In this document: positions 8,209 to 16,943 of the stretch, piece after piece
How the letters are laid out: each line of letters begins with the position of its first letter
Position numbering within the stretch: the first letter of the stretch is position 1
IMG/VR virus record: IMGVR_UViG_3300037440_000399
Location: 10,574-74,573 of that record
Length of the DNA: 64,000 bases
Direction: 5' to 3' (one strand)
Origin: a virus
Taxonomy: Duplodnaviria > Caudoviricetes
Translations under genes and position numbers: made by a program
The notes under the pieces: model-generated
What the model was told of the DNA's origin: nothing
What the model saw: only the letters and a program-made list of their open reading frames with translations
The model's database searches: none

Positions 8209-8885
8209 AACGGCACCTCGCGACAACGGAACGGCAATGCCGCCGAGTCCTCCACACACATGTATCTCCACCACTCGCGCCGCTGCGGGTCCCACTTGAA
8301 TCCGTTGTCCTTCACGATCGCTCGATCCTCGTACGGCGCGAGCGAGACGAGGCGCGCCTTCGGTAGCATCGCGTGCGCAAGCCCTGCCTCCAGGCGCTCC
8401 GCGATATCCGGCACAGCCTCGAACAGACGCACGAGTGTGAGGCAATCATTGATGGCTCGATGCGCGGCCACGACCGCAACGCCGTGAGCGAGAGCTGTTG
8501 CGATCAGAGATGTGCCCGTGCCGGCGCGTGGCCACTTCACGTCCTCGCGTGTGCAGATCCATGTCATGTCCTGCGTTACACGTGTTGCCCACGGCTCGCA
8601 GAACGCGCGGTCAAAGTCCGCCTGGTGCGCGCAGACAGCATCGGAGCGCGCGGCCATCGCCTCGAATGTTTGCCACGGCTCGGTCCCTTCGTACGCAACG
8701 AGAGCAGCCTCCGGGATTCCGTTGACGGCTTCGGCGGGGTTTGCCGGGGCGCTCACGAGGCCCGAGAAGAGCTCCAGGATCGTTCGGTACTCCACGCTCC
8801 AGCGGATGCAGCCGAGTTCGATAACGCGATCCTTTTCGCGGTCCACGCCCGTGGTTTCGACGTCGCAGATCAGTACGGTTTTCAT
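8205..8885 (-). CDS. DEDDh 3'-5' exonuclease (DnaQ-like) with a short C-terminal WD/WW domain
   Basis: DVETTG, AHQADFD and HRAINDC exo motifs; C-terminal KDNGFKWDPQRREWW. Confidence 0.88.
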   Translation of the reverse strand: MKTVLICDVETTGVDREKDRVIELGCIRWSVEYRTILELFSGLVSAPANPAEAVNGIPEAALVAYEGTEPWQTFEAMAARSDAVCAHQADFDRAFCEPWATRVTQDMTWICTREDVKWPRAGTGTSLIATALAHGVAVVAAHRAINDCLTLVRLFEAVPDIAERLEAGLAHAMLPKARLVSLAPYEDRAIVKDNGFKWDPQRREWWRYMCVEDSAALPFRCREVPL

Positions 8886-9142
8886 CGGTCTTGCCCCTCC
8901 CTCTGGTCGCGCTCCGCCGACAAGATCGGCTCGCGGTCGGAAATTAAAGACTCGCGGACAGCTCCGTCTGGCCCGTTCTCCAACAACGCAATCAGTACCC
9001 GCATGCGCGCGAGACGAGTCTCCATGTCGTCGCACTCGGCCTTCAGCGCGGCCAGCAGGGATGGCGCGGACTGGGCCTGCTCGTTTTGCTTTTTGAGGTC
9101 CACCCATTCGATGGACTTCTGCAGCTGCTCTTCGAGGGTCAC
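8882..9142 (-). CDS. Coiled-coil hypothetical protein
   Basis: Coupled ORF. Confidence 0.55.
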   Translation of the reverse strand: MTLEEQLQKSIEWVDLKKQNEQAQSAPSLLAALKAECDDMETRLARMRVLIALLENGPDGAVRESLISDREPILSAERDQREGQDR

Positions 9143-9306
9143 GCCGCCCTCCCGTCCAGCACCCGCGTCAGCTCGTCGAGCTGCGCCAGCACGATGATGA
9201 TCGTCCCACGCGCGCGGGTGAGTAGCTCTCGCAGCTCTGCGATTTCGGCGTCACGGATGGCGAGCAGGTGCTCGTACGATTCGCGGTCGGCGTCGGAGGC
9301 GGTCAT
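9139..9306 (-). CDS. Small coiled-coil hypothetical protein
   Basis: ATGA coupling. Confidence 0.5.
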   Translation of the reverse strand: MTASDADRESYEHLLAIRDAEIAELRELLTRARGTIIIVLAQLDELTRVLDGRAA

Positions 9307-9554
9307 GGTGCCGCCTTTGGCCACGAGCGGGCCGCCGCATTGTAGAGCGCCGCTATCCTGTCCTCGGTCTCCGCGCGTGCCTCGAATGCAAGCGTCGCAG
9401 CCATGCAGAAATGGCGGTAGCGCGTCGGCTCCGTCGCACCGTGCTTGTGACCGCTCTGGCTGCGACGCGCGTACTCTGCGAGGTCGCGATACTCTCGGGC
9501 CTTTTCGAGTGCGGCAGCCGCACTCGCGCTAAAAACGTCGGCGCGGGTGCTCAC
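9303..9554 (-). CDS. Hypothetical protein
   Basis: Coupled ORF. Confidence 0.55.
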   Translation of the reverse strand: MSTRADVFSASAAAALEKAREYRDLAEYARRSQSGHKHGATEPTRYRHFCMAATLAFEARAETEDRIAALYNAAARSWPKAAP

Positions 9555-9739
9555 GCCCTCCGCCTCTCGTCGATTCGCGCCGTCAACCCCGCCGCCAGCA
9601 CACTGTCGGCTTCGTCTGCCCGCGTCGCCTCGATGAGCTCGCCGATGGCGCGCAGCATGGCTTCGCGGCCGTGCTCGTCGGTGACGTGGCGGAGTACGAG
9701 CTCGGTGAGACGCGATTCTGCGCGGTAGGCGCGGGTCAC
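9551..9739 (-). CDS. Hypothetical protein
   Basis: GTG start overlapping the upstream stop. Confidence 0.5.
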   Translation of the reverse strand: MTRAYRAESRLTELVLRHVTDEHGREAMLRAIGELIEATRADEADSVLAAGLTARIDERRRA

Positions 9740-9948
9740 TTGCCTTCCCTCGCTTTCAACATCGCATCGGCTACCAGGTATGCGTTGCTCGCAATCTCGT
9801 CGGGATCGAAAACGGAACAGCGCATGACGCCGTCCAGCGCCGCCATGGCGAACCTGTCCCGCAGTTTCGGCGTCGTCTCGATGAGCAAGAGCTGCAGCGA
9901 GCCGAGCTCGTCGGCGAGGTCGGCTAGCGCGACTTCGTGCTGTTTCAT
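9736..9948 (-). CDS. Conserved small phage protein
   Basis: LRDRFAMAALDG...IASNAYLVADAMLKARE is a widespread phage motif. Confidence 0.65.
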   Translation of the reverse strand: MKQHEVALADLADELGSLQLLLIETTPKLRDRFAMAALDGVMRCSVFDPDEIASNAYLVADAMLKAREGK

Positions 9949-10268
9949 CAGCTTCGCTCCTTCGCGCGCGGACACTGCGCAGCGCAGCAGCGGCCGTAAG
10001 CGAGTGGCGATCCGCCCGACAGCAACCACACCGAGCCGCGCCCGTCGGGAGAGCGACGAATGCAGCGCGGGCCGCTATCGGGTAGCAGTTCGATGCGTAG
10101 AGCGTTGCGCTGCTTGATTGGCTCGGGCGCGATGGTGGACGGACAAAGCTTCGAGAGCTCGTCCCAATAAATCTCCCATTGCACAGCCGGGACCGACTCG
10201 AGGTCAGGTTGAGCAACCGAGTGGCCGGCGGCTGCTCTGTCAAGAATCGCTTGCGCGAGGGTCAACAC
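9948..10268 (-). CDS. Hypothetical protein
   Basis: Fills the gap in a coupled operon; start uncertain. Confidence 0.45.
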   Translation of the reverse strand: MLTLAQAILDRAAAGHSVAQPDLESVPAVQWEIYWDELSKLCPSTIAPEPIKQRNALRIELLPDSGPRCIRRSPDGRGSVWLLSGGSPLAYGRCCAAQCPRAKERS

Positions 10269-10516
10269 AGCCCCCTCCGCATCCGCAACGCCACCCGCAG
10301 CTCCCGATACCCACTCAGCGCCGCCCGAATGACGGCCCGCTCGCGCCACAGCGAGGCGAGGGCGGGGAGGTCGTCGTAGCAGTCGGCTGTTGGGATTTCA
10401 TCCGAATCGATTCGGTAGAGGCGCGACTTGAGGGCGACGATGCGGGAGGCTTCGGCGACGACGTTGTGGACGTTGATGTTGAGCGCAGCGGACTCGCGGG
10501 ACAGATGCGCGCTCAT
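10262..10516 (-). CDS. Hypothetical protein
   Basis: ATGA coupling. Confidence 0.5.
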   Translation of the reverse strand: MSAHLSRESAALNINVHNVVAEASRIVALKSRLYRIDSDEIPTADCYDDLPALASLWRERAVIRAALSGYRELRVALRMRRGLC

Positions 10517-10725
10517 GGCTGCACCGTTGCAACTTTCGTGGCGAGCGTTTCGTACCGGTGCCGACCGGCGCGACGCCACTGGATCTCTGCGCCGAGCAAA
10601 TCAAGCGCGTAGTAGTAGTCCCATGCGCGATCCTGGTCCGAGAACAGCGACTCGTGAGTGACGAGAACACCGTTGCGCACGCGGACGCGCCAGCTATCGC
10701 ACCAGATCGTCTCGTGGCGCGTCAC
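10513..10725 (-). CDS. Hypothetical protein
   Basis: GTGA coupling. Confidence 0.5.
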   Translation of the reverse strand: MTRHETIWCDSWRVRVRNGVLVTHESLFSDQDRAWDYYYALDLLGAEIQWRRAGRHRYETLATKVATVQP

Positions 10726-11012
10726 GGCAGCTCCCCCACCGCATCGAGCACCGACGCATCCGCCACCGGAGCCGCGGGCGCACCTTTCGGCCGCATCGCG
10801 CGGAGCTCGGCGATGGCAGCCTCGGGGTCGGCGTGCTGCTCGGTCCACGAGAGCCCGTCGACGTAGGCGCGGTAGGTGACCTCGACCGGCTTGCTCTCCT
10901 TGTCGAGTCGGCGGCTCGCGTCGCTGTATTCCGTCGTCTCGATCTGCACGCAGAAGTAGCGGCCCGCGGCGATTTCGCGGACGGCGAGGTGGAAGGATTT
11001 TAGGGACATCAT
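10722..11012 (-). CDS. Hypothetical protein
   Basis: Coupled ORF. Confidence 0.55.
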   Translation of the reverse strand: MMSLKSFHLAVREIAAGRYFCVQIETTEYSDASRRLDKESKPVEVTYRAYVDGLSWTEQHADPEAAIAELRAMRPKGAPAAPVADASVLDAVGELP

Positions 11013-11218
11013 GGCGTCCCCCGTAGCCGCGCACGCTCGCGCTTCGATTCGCCGGGGCGTTTGTCAGCGAGCGCCAGCTGTGCTTTTGCCGACCGCTGTG
11101 CGCGTAGCTCGGCGCGTTCGTTCGCCTCGTTGCGGCGCCGCGTCTTGCGCGAGGACTGGCTCCACGGCGCGCCTGGGTTCTTGGTTTTCTGCGACCTGAC
11201 TCCCGGTGCTCGTTTCAT
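11009..11218 (-). CDS. Small basic protein
   Basis: Arg/Lys-rich; coupled ORF. Confidence 0.5.
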   Translation of the reverse strand: MKRAPGVRSQKTKNPGAPWSQSSRKTRRRNEANERAELRAQRSAKAQLALADKRPGESKRERARLRGTP

Positions 11219-11493
11219 GGCTGCTTCACCTCCCGTACATCGCGCCGGTCAAACCACGGCACTTCCACCCGTATCGGCATGGCCAGCATCTGCTTGCAGA
11301 ACGCATCCGACAGACGGTTGCGCTTGCAGTGCTCGCGAATCTCGCGCTCGTGCTCGGCGCTGAGCTGCACGGGTTCCAGTACGATGGGGAACATCGGGTC
11401 CGTCGTGTCGGTGACGCTGGTCACGCGATACGTGGAGCCGTTTACGCGCCAGAGTGAGCCGATCAGGATGTGCGGACCGGTGGTGAGGCTCAC
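11215..11493 (-). CDS. Hypothetical protein
   Basis: GTGA coupling. Confidence 0.55.
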   Translation of the reverse strand: MSLTTGPHILIGSLWRVNGSTYRVTSVTDTTDPMFPIVLEPVQLSAEHEREIREHCKRNRLSDAFCKQMLAMPIRVEVPWFDRRDVREVKQP

Positions 11494-11735
11494 AGGGACA
11501 CCGGCCTCTCGCTGGCGAATCGCGCGCGGACATCGTCGGCGTGAGGCACGAGCACGACGGCCAGCGTCGTTCCGCAGCCGTGGTTCACCATCAATAAAAC
11601 CTCGGAGTCGTAGGTGACGGCGCCCACGCGAGGCAGCTCGATCGGGTTGACGGGGACGCCGCACTTGGGGCAGCAGCGCTTGCTGTAGAAACCGGGGGAC
11701 CGAGTCGCGTCGCTGCCGACGGCGGGGGTGGTCAC
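11490..11735 (-). CDS. Small zinc-ribbon protein
   Basis: CPKC...HGC motifs. Confidence 0.5.
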   Translation of the reverse strand: MTTPAVGSDATRSPGFYSKRCCPKCGVPVNPIELPRVGAVTYDSEVLLMVNHGCGTTLAVVLVPHADDVRARFASERPVSL

Positions 11736-11974
11736 GGGGACACCGCGAGGCTGCGGCTATAGATCTTCGTGCCGTAGAGCGGTGACCACACCGCGACCAG
11801 TTCGCGCGCGCAGCGTGGAGCGTGGTGGTATTCGATGCGCGCTTCCCAGCCGCGCTCCTTGGCGAGCGCGAGCGCCTCGGCGTAGGTGGCCGCCGGAACC
11901 GGTGCGTGCCACGAGAAGTTGCAGGACTGGACCGTGTAGGCGGGGGCGGCTGGGTGGGTGGGGGACGTCGTCAT
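11732..11974 (-). CDS. Hypothetical protein, first gene of the leftward early operon
   Basis: SD-like aaggaagc/ggag upstream, downstream of the PL-like element. Confidence 0.6.
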   Translation of the reverse strand: MTTSPTHPAAPAYTVQSCNFSWHAPVPAATYAEALALAKERGWEARIEYHHAPRCARELVAVWSPLYGTKIYSRSLAVSP

Positions 11975-12003
11975 GGTGGGCTCCGTTGCTTCCTTGCTGC
12001 TCT

Positions 12004-12039
12004 CCAACGTATGTTGGCAATTCCAACGGTCGTTGGCAA
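12004..12039 (-). promoter_or_regulatory. PL-like promoter with two CCAAC-N4-GTTGG operators
   Basis: Minus strand TTGCCAacgaccgttggaattgcCAACATacgttgg; 30/36 identical to 12565-12600. Confidence 0.75.
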
Positions 12040-12081
12040 GATAAATACACCCGTGCCATGTCGATTTTTCGTAAGTCCGCG

Positions 12082-12537
12082 TTAGACCTTGCGAATTGTC
12101 GACTTCTGGGGCTCTTCTGCGACTTGCGCGCCCTCGGCTTCGACAGCCTTGACGAGCAGCCGGAGGACCCGGATCCACTCATCCGCTGGGCGCGAACGGC
12201 CAGGCTCCGAGTCGCGAATCATGCGAGCCAGAGCCAGAATCAGCGGGGTGAATTTGCGGCTGTTCGAGTTGCGCGCGATCAGTCGCTCGAGCTCGTCGTC
12301 GCCGAACGGGTCGCCGTCTCCGTCGATGAGCCAGGCCGAGCGCACGCTGTAGTGGCTCGCTAGACGGTGCAACGTTTCCGGATTGCCGGCCCGCATCGTT
12401 TTGGTCTTGCCGTGCTTGCGGATGAGGCGTCTCACGGTGTCCTTCGACAGCCCCGCGGCGGTGCTGAAGTCTTCCCAGCTCGAGTCTGGCAGCTTCATTC
12501 GCTTCAAACGTTCCAGCCTTTGGGCAAGGTTTTCCAC
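12082..12537 (-). CDS. Prophage repressor (XRE/cI-like HTH) without a peptidase domain
   Basis: ENLAQRLERLK...WEDFSTAAGLSKDTVRRL...PETLHRLASHYSVRSAWLIDGDG; divergent from the cro-like gene; GTG start reassigned. Confidence 0.75.
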   Translation of the reverse strand: MENLAQRLERLKRMKLPDSSWEDFSTAAGLSKDTVRRLIRKHGKTKTMRAGNPETLHRLASHYSVRSAWLIDGDGDPFGDDELERLIARNSNSRKFTPLILALARMIRDSEPGRSRPADEWIRVLRLLVKAVEAEGAQVAEEPQKSTIRKV

Positions 12538-12564
12538 GGCGGAACAAGCGTAGGCAGAAATAGT

Positions 12565-12600
12565 TTGACAACAGCCGTTGGAATATCCAACATGCGTTGG
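12565..12600 (+). promoter_or_regulatory. PR-like promoter with two (A/C)CAAC-N4-GTTGG operators
   Basis: TTGACA-N17-CAACAT; immediately upstream of the cro-like GTG. Confidence 0.8.
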
Positions 12601-12601
12601 C

Positions 12602-12895
12602 GTGAACACCATCGGTAAGCGTTTGGCTTTCGCCCGCAAGCTTTCTGGACTTAACGCCAGGAAGCTCGGCCTACGCAGCGGACTCTCCAGCGCGATCGTC
12701 GGGATGATCGAATCCGAGGACCGCCTCAGCCCCGAAGGGAAGACGGTCGCCAAGCTGGCCGCAACTCTCGGCGTGACCACTGACTGGCTGCTGACGGGCA
12801 TTGGTCCCGCGCCAACGGACGAGACGATCCGCAAGTACGACGGCGACGAGGAAGACGACGCCGAGCAAACCCCCACCGGCACGGGCGGGCACTAA
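12602..12895 (+). CDS. Cro-like XRE HTH regulator
   Basis: TIGKRLAFARKLSGLNARKLGLRSGLSSAIVGMIES...TVAKLAATLGVTTDWLLTG. Confidence 0.85.
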   Translation: MNTIGKRLAFARKLSGLNARKLGLRSGLSSAIVGMIESEDRLSPEGKTVAKLAATLGVTTDWLLTGIGPAPTDETIRKYDGDEEDDAEQTPTGTGGH

Positions 12896-13260
12896 TGGGC
12901 GTCGACCCTCGCGAAGTCCGCGCGCTGAAGCTCGAGCTGTCAGCGCTGGACCGCCCGCTGGCGAAACCCCGCGTTCCGTCATGGCGAGACGTCTGCCGTA
13001 GCAAGGCGCGCGCCGCATTCGTGCGCGGCGTCGAAGCGCTCCTCATTCGTGGCTGGTCCAAGCGCCGGATCGCGAAGTCCGTTGGCTGCGACGTGCACAC
13101 GTTCGAGGACTGGCTCGCCGGCAATCGCCAGGTGCCAGCGTGGGCTATTCATGCGCTGCCCGTTGATGGGCGCGTCGGTTACGTGCGCGCGATCGTGGAC
13201 TCGTTGCCCGGTGACGACGACGAGGACGTTTCAGAAAAACCGCTTAGGGCCGTAGGATGA
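12895..13260 (+). CDS. HTH protein in the CII position
   Basis: GWSKRRIAKSVGCDVHTFEDWLAG helix-turn-helix; follows cro. Confidence 0.6.
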   Translation: MGVDPREVRALKLELSALDRPLAKPRVPSWRDVCRSKARAAFVRGVEALLIRGWSKRRIAKSVGCDVHTFEDWLAGNRQVPAWAIHALPVDGRVGYVRAIVDSLPGDDDEDVSEKPLRAVG

Positions 13261-13375
13261 GTGCACGCGCGCGCAGTAGCCAACATGTTGGCCAGCGTGG
13301 CGAAGCGCCGCGCGACGCAAAGATCATGTTGCACGCGGGTTCAGCGGAAACGTGCGTGCAGGGCGGGGGCGCGCG

Positions 13376-14749
13376 GTGAGCAAGCTTCGCAAGCAATACG
13401 CGATGCCCAGTGTTGCAATCGCAGACGTACGCGTGCCCGATAGCCGGAAGCGGGCGCTCAGCGAGGCGAAGGTCAAGCGGCTCGCGGATTCGATTGCGGA
13501 AGTCGATCTGCTTAATCCGATCACGATCACACCCGACAACGTGTTGATCTCTGGCTGGCACCGACTCGAGGCATGTCGGCTGCTCGGACGCGAGCGCATC
13601 ACGGTGAACGTCGTGGTCACCGACGATCTGCGCCGGGAGCTTGCCGAAATCGACGAGAACCTGATCCGCAACGAGCTGACGCAGCTTGAGCGTTCCGAGC
13701 AGCTACAGCGCCGCATGGATATCTACGAGGCGCTACATCCGGAGACGAAGCACGGAGCAACCGGCGGAGGAAGGGGAGGAAAGGGCTCGCGCACGAAGAC
13801 TCAAGTTGCGGAATCCGCAACTCCAGTCCCAGCCTTCGCCGAGGCGACAGCAGAAGCGACCGGCAAAAGCGCACGCGTCATTCGCGAGGACGTGCAGATT
13901 GCCAAAGCCCTCGATGAAGACGAACGCGACGCGATTCGCGGGACCGACCTCGAGAACAGCAAGACTGACTTACTGTGGCTCGCTCGCGAGAAGGACAAAG
14001 GGAAGCGAGTTCAGATCGCTGAAAAGGTCAAGACAGGCGCAGCCAAGACCGCCAAGGATGCCGCGCGCCTGATCAGGAACGAGGAGCGAGCAGCCGAGCG
14101 GGAGAAGGCGATTGCTTCTGCTACCGACGAACCAGACAAGTGGTGCAAAGGCGATGTCTGTCGAATCGAAGACCTTGATCTCCCCGAGAACTCTGTCGAC
14201 ATGGTCTTTACGGATCCGCCGTACCACGACGAGCACATTGATCTGCTCGGCCACCTTGCTCGTGTTGCTGCTCGGGCGCTCAAGCCTGGCGGGCTGTGCT
14301 TGGTCTATGTCGGCCACATGTATCTGCCGCAGGTCATTCAGCAGCTAACCGACCACCTGGATTACGTCTGGCAGTTCGTCGTGTTCCATCCTTTTAGCCA
14401 AACGCGCTGTCATAGCAGGGCGATATTCGTCAACTACCGATCGATCCTCGCCTTCAGGAAGCTAGGTAAGATTCCCCACGCGTCGAAGCAGCCATGGGTC
14501 CAAGACGTCGTGCGCGGGCGGCGCGACAAGGATGAGCACGACTGGCAACAGGACGAGGACGCGCCTCGCCAGTACATCGAGGCGTACACGAAGCCGGGCG
14601 CTACCGTGCTGGATCCATTCTCGGGTGGCGGCACGACGGCTGCTGTCTGCAAAGCGCTAGGGCGAAAGTGTCTCTACTTCGACATCGAAGAAAACGCGAT
14701 CGCGACCACGCGAGCCAGAGTTCAGAAAATCAAGGAGTGCGCAGCATGA
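13376..14749 (+). CDS. ParB/Srx N-terminal domain fused to an N4/N6 DNA methyltransferase
   Basis: LADSIAEVDLLNPI...LISGWHRLEA...EIDENLIR (ParB); VFTDPPY and VLDPFSGGGTT (MTase). Confidence 0.88.
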   Translation: MSKLRKQYAMPSVAIADVRVPDSRKRALSEAKVKRLADSIAEVDLLNPITITPDNVLISGWHRLEACRLLGRERITVNVVVTDDLRRELAEIDENLIRNELTQLERSEQLQRRMDIYEALHPETKHGATGGGRGGKGSRTKTQVAESATPVPAFAEATAEATGKSARVIREDVQIAKALDEDERDAIRGTDLENSKTDLLWLAREKDKGKRVQIAEKVKTGAAKTAKDAARLIRNEERAAEREKAIASATDEPDKWCKGDVCRIEDLDLPENSVDMVFTDPPYHDEHIDLLGHLARVAARALKPGGLCLVYVGHMYLPQVIQQLTDHLDYVWQFVVFHPFSQTRCHSRAIFVNYRSILAFRKLGKIPHASKQPWVQDVVRGRRDKDEHDWQQDEDAPRQYIEAYTKPGATVLDPFSGGGTTAAVCKALGRKCLYFDIEENAIATTRARVQKIKECAA

Positions 14750-16635
14750 TTCCCATCATTCCCATGAAGGTCAGCCCAGAGAACGTTGGCCCGTTGATCG
14801 TCCGCGCTTACCGCGAGAGCGACCCTCACCAGTACATCCGGGAGCTGCTCCAGAACTCGCTCGAAGCCGAGGCCAAACAGGTCGAATTCATGCCAGAGTG
14901 GCAAGCGGTCGAGCGCAAAGGCGTCTGGCGTCTCATGGTCGCCGACAACGGTTGCGGCATGACCCCTCAGCAGTTGGAGCGCTACCTTGGCGAGTTCGGT
15001 CAAGGAGGCAAGTCCATCGGCGGGTATCACGAGAACTACGGCATTGGCGCGAAGAGTTCCACACTGCCGTGGAATCCCGATGGCGTCGTCATCATTTCAT
15101 ACACGCCAGAGTTCCTGGACGGAGCCATGATTTGGCTGCGTTATGACTCCGAGGCCGGCATGTACGGTCTTCGGAAGCTTTCCGACGATGGCGAGGGCGT
15201 GGTCGAGCCCTGGGACGACACGAAGGGCCCTTCGGGAATCGACTGGACCAGAGTAGCGCCCGAATGGGTCCGCGCGCACGGAACTGTCGTAATCCTGCTA
15301 GGCGGCAGCGATACGACATCGACCACCGCAGACCCGCGCAACACCTTCTTTGGCAAAAAGGGCGACGATGTCCAGCGACACCTGCGCAAGTACATCAACT
15401 CCCGTTTTTGGGAAATTCCGGAAGGCGTAACGGTCGGCATCGACGAACCGAACTGGAACACGCAGACGATTCCGAAGGCGATGGCGGGTGCCTTCAGCGT
15501 TCAAGAGGGCCACGAGAGCCCGCCGCTTGGGCACAACTATGTGTATGGGGCCAAGAAATACGTGCTCGATAAGGAAGGGCAATCGGGCCATCGCGATCTG
15601 AAGGACGGTACACGGGTCCACTGGTTTCTTAGGTCCACACCGTTTGGGGCAGACGGAGGCTACAGGCCAAAGCGGGGTTACGTCGCAGCGCTGTATCGCA
15701 ACGAGCTCTACAGTTTCAGTGATAGTCAAAACACCTTCCGTGCTTGGGGTATCGGCGACGACAAGGTGGGGAAGCGTCTCGGTCTAATCATTGAGCCCAT
15801 GATTGCTTCCGAAGGCGAAGGTGTTTTCCCGAGTCAATCCAGAGCGGCGCTGTTCATGCAGAGGGCAAGCGGAAGCGCCGAGCTACCCTGGGACCGCTGG
15901 CGCGAAGAATTCCGCGAGAACCTGCCAGAGGAGATCCTCTCTGCTCTTCGCGCGACTGACGATGAAGATGATCAGACGGACGAGCGCCTGATAGAAATCG
16001 ATCGGAGAATCAAGGAGCGTCACTCAGGGGAGAATATCGCTGAACTCAGGAGGCAGGAACAAGGTCGTCAGCGTGTCACACCAGAACGTAGGACAGGACC
16101 TCAGGAGCCACATAAGCCGCCTGGCCCCCCACGGCCAAAGAGGCCGCGCCCACGCAATGTCGGGACAAGGAAAGGTCCGGAGCCTGCCGTAGCAGGGAAA
16201 AAGTCCGAGTCGGGATTGCCTCAATTCACATGGGCCAAGGAGGGCCAGCTTTCTGAAACAGAAATGAGATTCGCCGCAACATGGGAGGATGAAAGTTCCC
16301 GCTGGCCGCGGAGTCACATTCTAGGGAATCCCGATTTCCCTCCTATCGTTTTGCTGCTTACAGAGATGAAGAAGCTATGGCCATCGTCTCGTAGCGATGA
16401 TGTCGAGAAGGCCGTCCTACGAGAGCTGGAAGTCTCGATCGTGGCGAAGGTGGCCGAGTTTCGTGGCAGCATGACCCAGTTCGGATGGGAGACGCCACAA
16501 ATCCGTGACGTCCTGATTCAACCGGCAGCGCTCACGCTTTGCATGGTCGGTTTCGCTTCTGAGCAGGATGCAATCAAGCGCCAGCTGACTGAGCTTCTCG
16601 GCAAGCCCCGCAAGCTACGCGCGGTCGGCGAATGA
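14746..16635 (+). CDS. GHKL (MORC/HATPase_c_3-like) ATPase
   Basis: YIRELLQNSLEA, VADNGCGMT and NYGIGAKS Bergerat motifs; ATGA-coupled to the MTase. Confidence 0.85.
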   Translation: MIPIIPMKVSPENVGPLIVRAYRESDPHQYIRELLQNSLEAEAKQVEFMPEWQAVERKGVWRLMVADNGCGMTPQQLERYLGEFGQGGKSIGGYHENYGIGAKSSTLPWNPDGVVIISYTPEFLDGAMIWLRYDSEAGMYGLRKLSDDGEGVVEPWDDTKGPSGIDWTRVAPEWVRAHGTVVILLGGSDTTSTTADPRNTFFGKKGDDVQRHLRKYINSRFWEIPEGVTVGIDEPNWNTQTIPKAMAGAFSVQEGHESPPLGHNYVYGAKKYVLDKEGQSGHRDLKDGTRVHWFLRSTPFGADGGYRPKRGYVAALYRNELYSFSDSQNTFRAWGIGDDKVGKRLGLIIEPMIASEGEGVFPSQSRAALFMQRASGSAELPWDRWREEFRENLPEEILSALRATDDEDDQTDERLIEIDRRIKERHSGENIAELRRQEQGRQRVTPERRTGPQEPHKPPGPPRPKRPRPRNVGTRKGPEPAVAGKKSESGLPQFTWAKEGQLSETEMRFAATWEDESSRWPRSHILGNPDFPPIVLLLTEMKKLWPSSRSDDVEKAVLRELEVSIVAKVAEFRGSMTQFGWETPQIRDVLIQPAALTLCMVGFASEQDAIKRQLTELLGKPRKLRAVGE

Positions 16636-16943
16636 CCCTCGCCCTCCCGCCCTCCAGTCCGGCAGCGACGTCGTTGCCCTCTAACCCAGTGGCACCCCCC
16701 CGCGTCGTTGTCGGACTCGAGGTCGCGAGCAGCCCGATAGCCCAACCCGCAGTCGCGCTCGCGGCCTCCGCTACTCAGCTCGCCGAGATCATCGACCTCG
16801 AGGAAGCCCGTTGGGAAAGGCTCGCTGAGATGGACGCCGAGAAGGACCTCGCTACGATCGAGTCCCTCATCGCGATGTGGCGCGCTCGCCCGGGTGACGT
16901 GTCGGCGCGGTGGGTGCTTCGGGCAATTCAGGGCGCCTCATGA
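16632..16943 (+). CDS. Hypothetical protein
   Basis: Coupled ORF. Confidence 0.5.
   Translation: MTLALPPSSPAATSLPSNPVAPPRVVVGLEVASSPIAQPAVALAASATQLAEIIDLEEARWERLAEMDAEKDLATIESLIAMWRARPGDVSARWVLRAIQGAS

Noticed and set aside
12538-12882. Longer 266-aa repressor
   Set aside because: The extension is the antisense of the cro-like gene and its promoter
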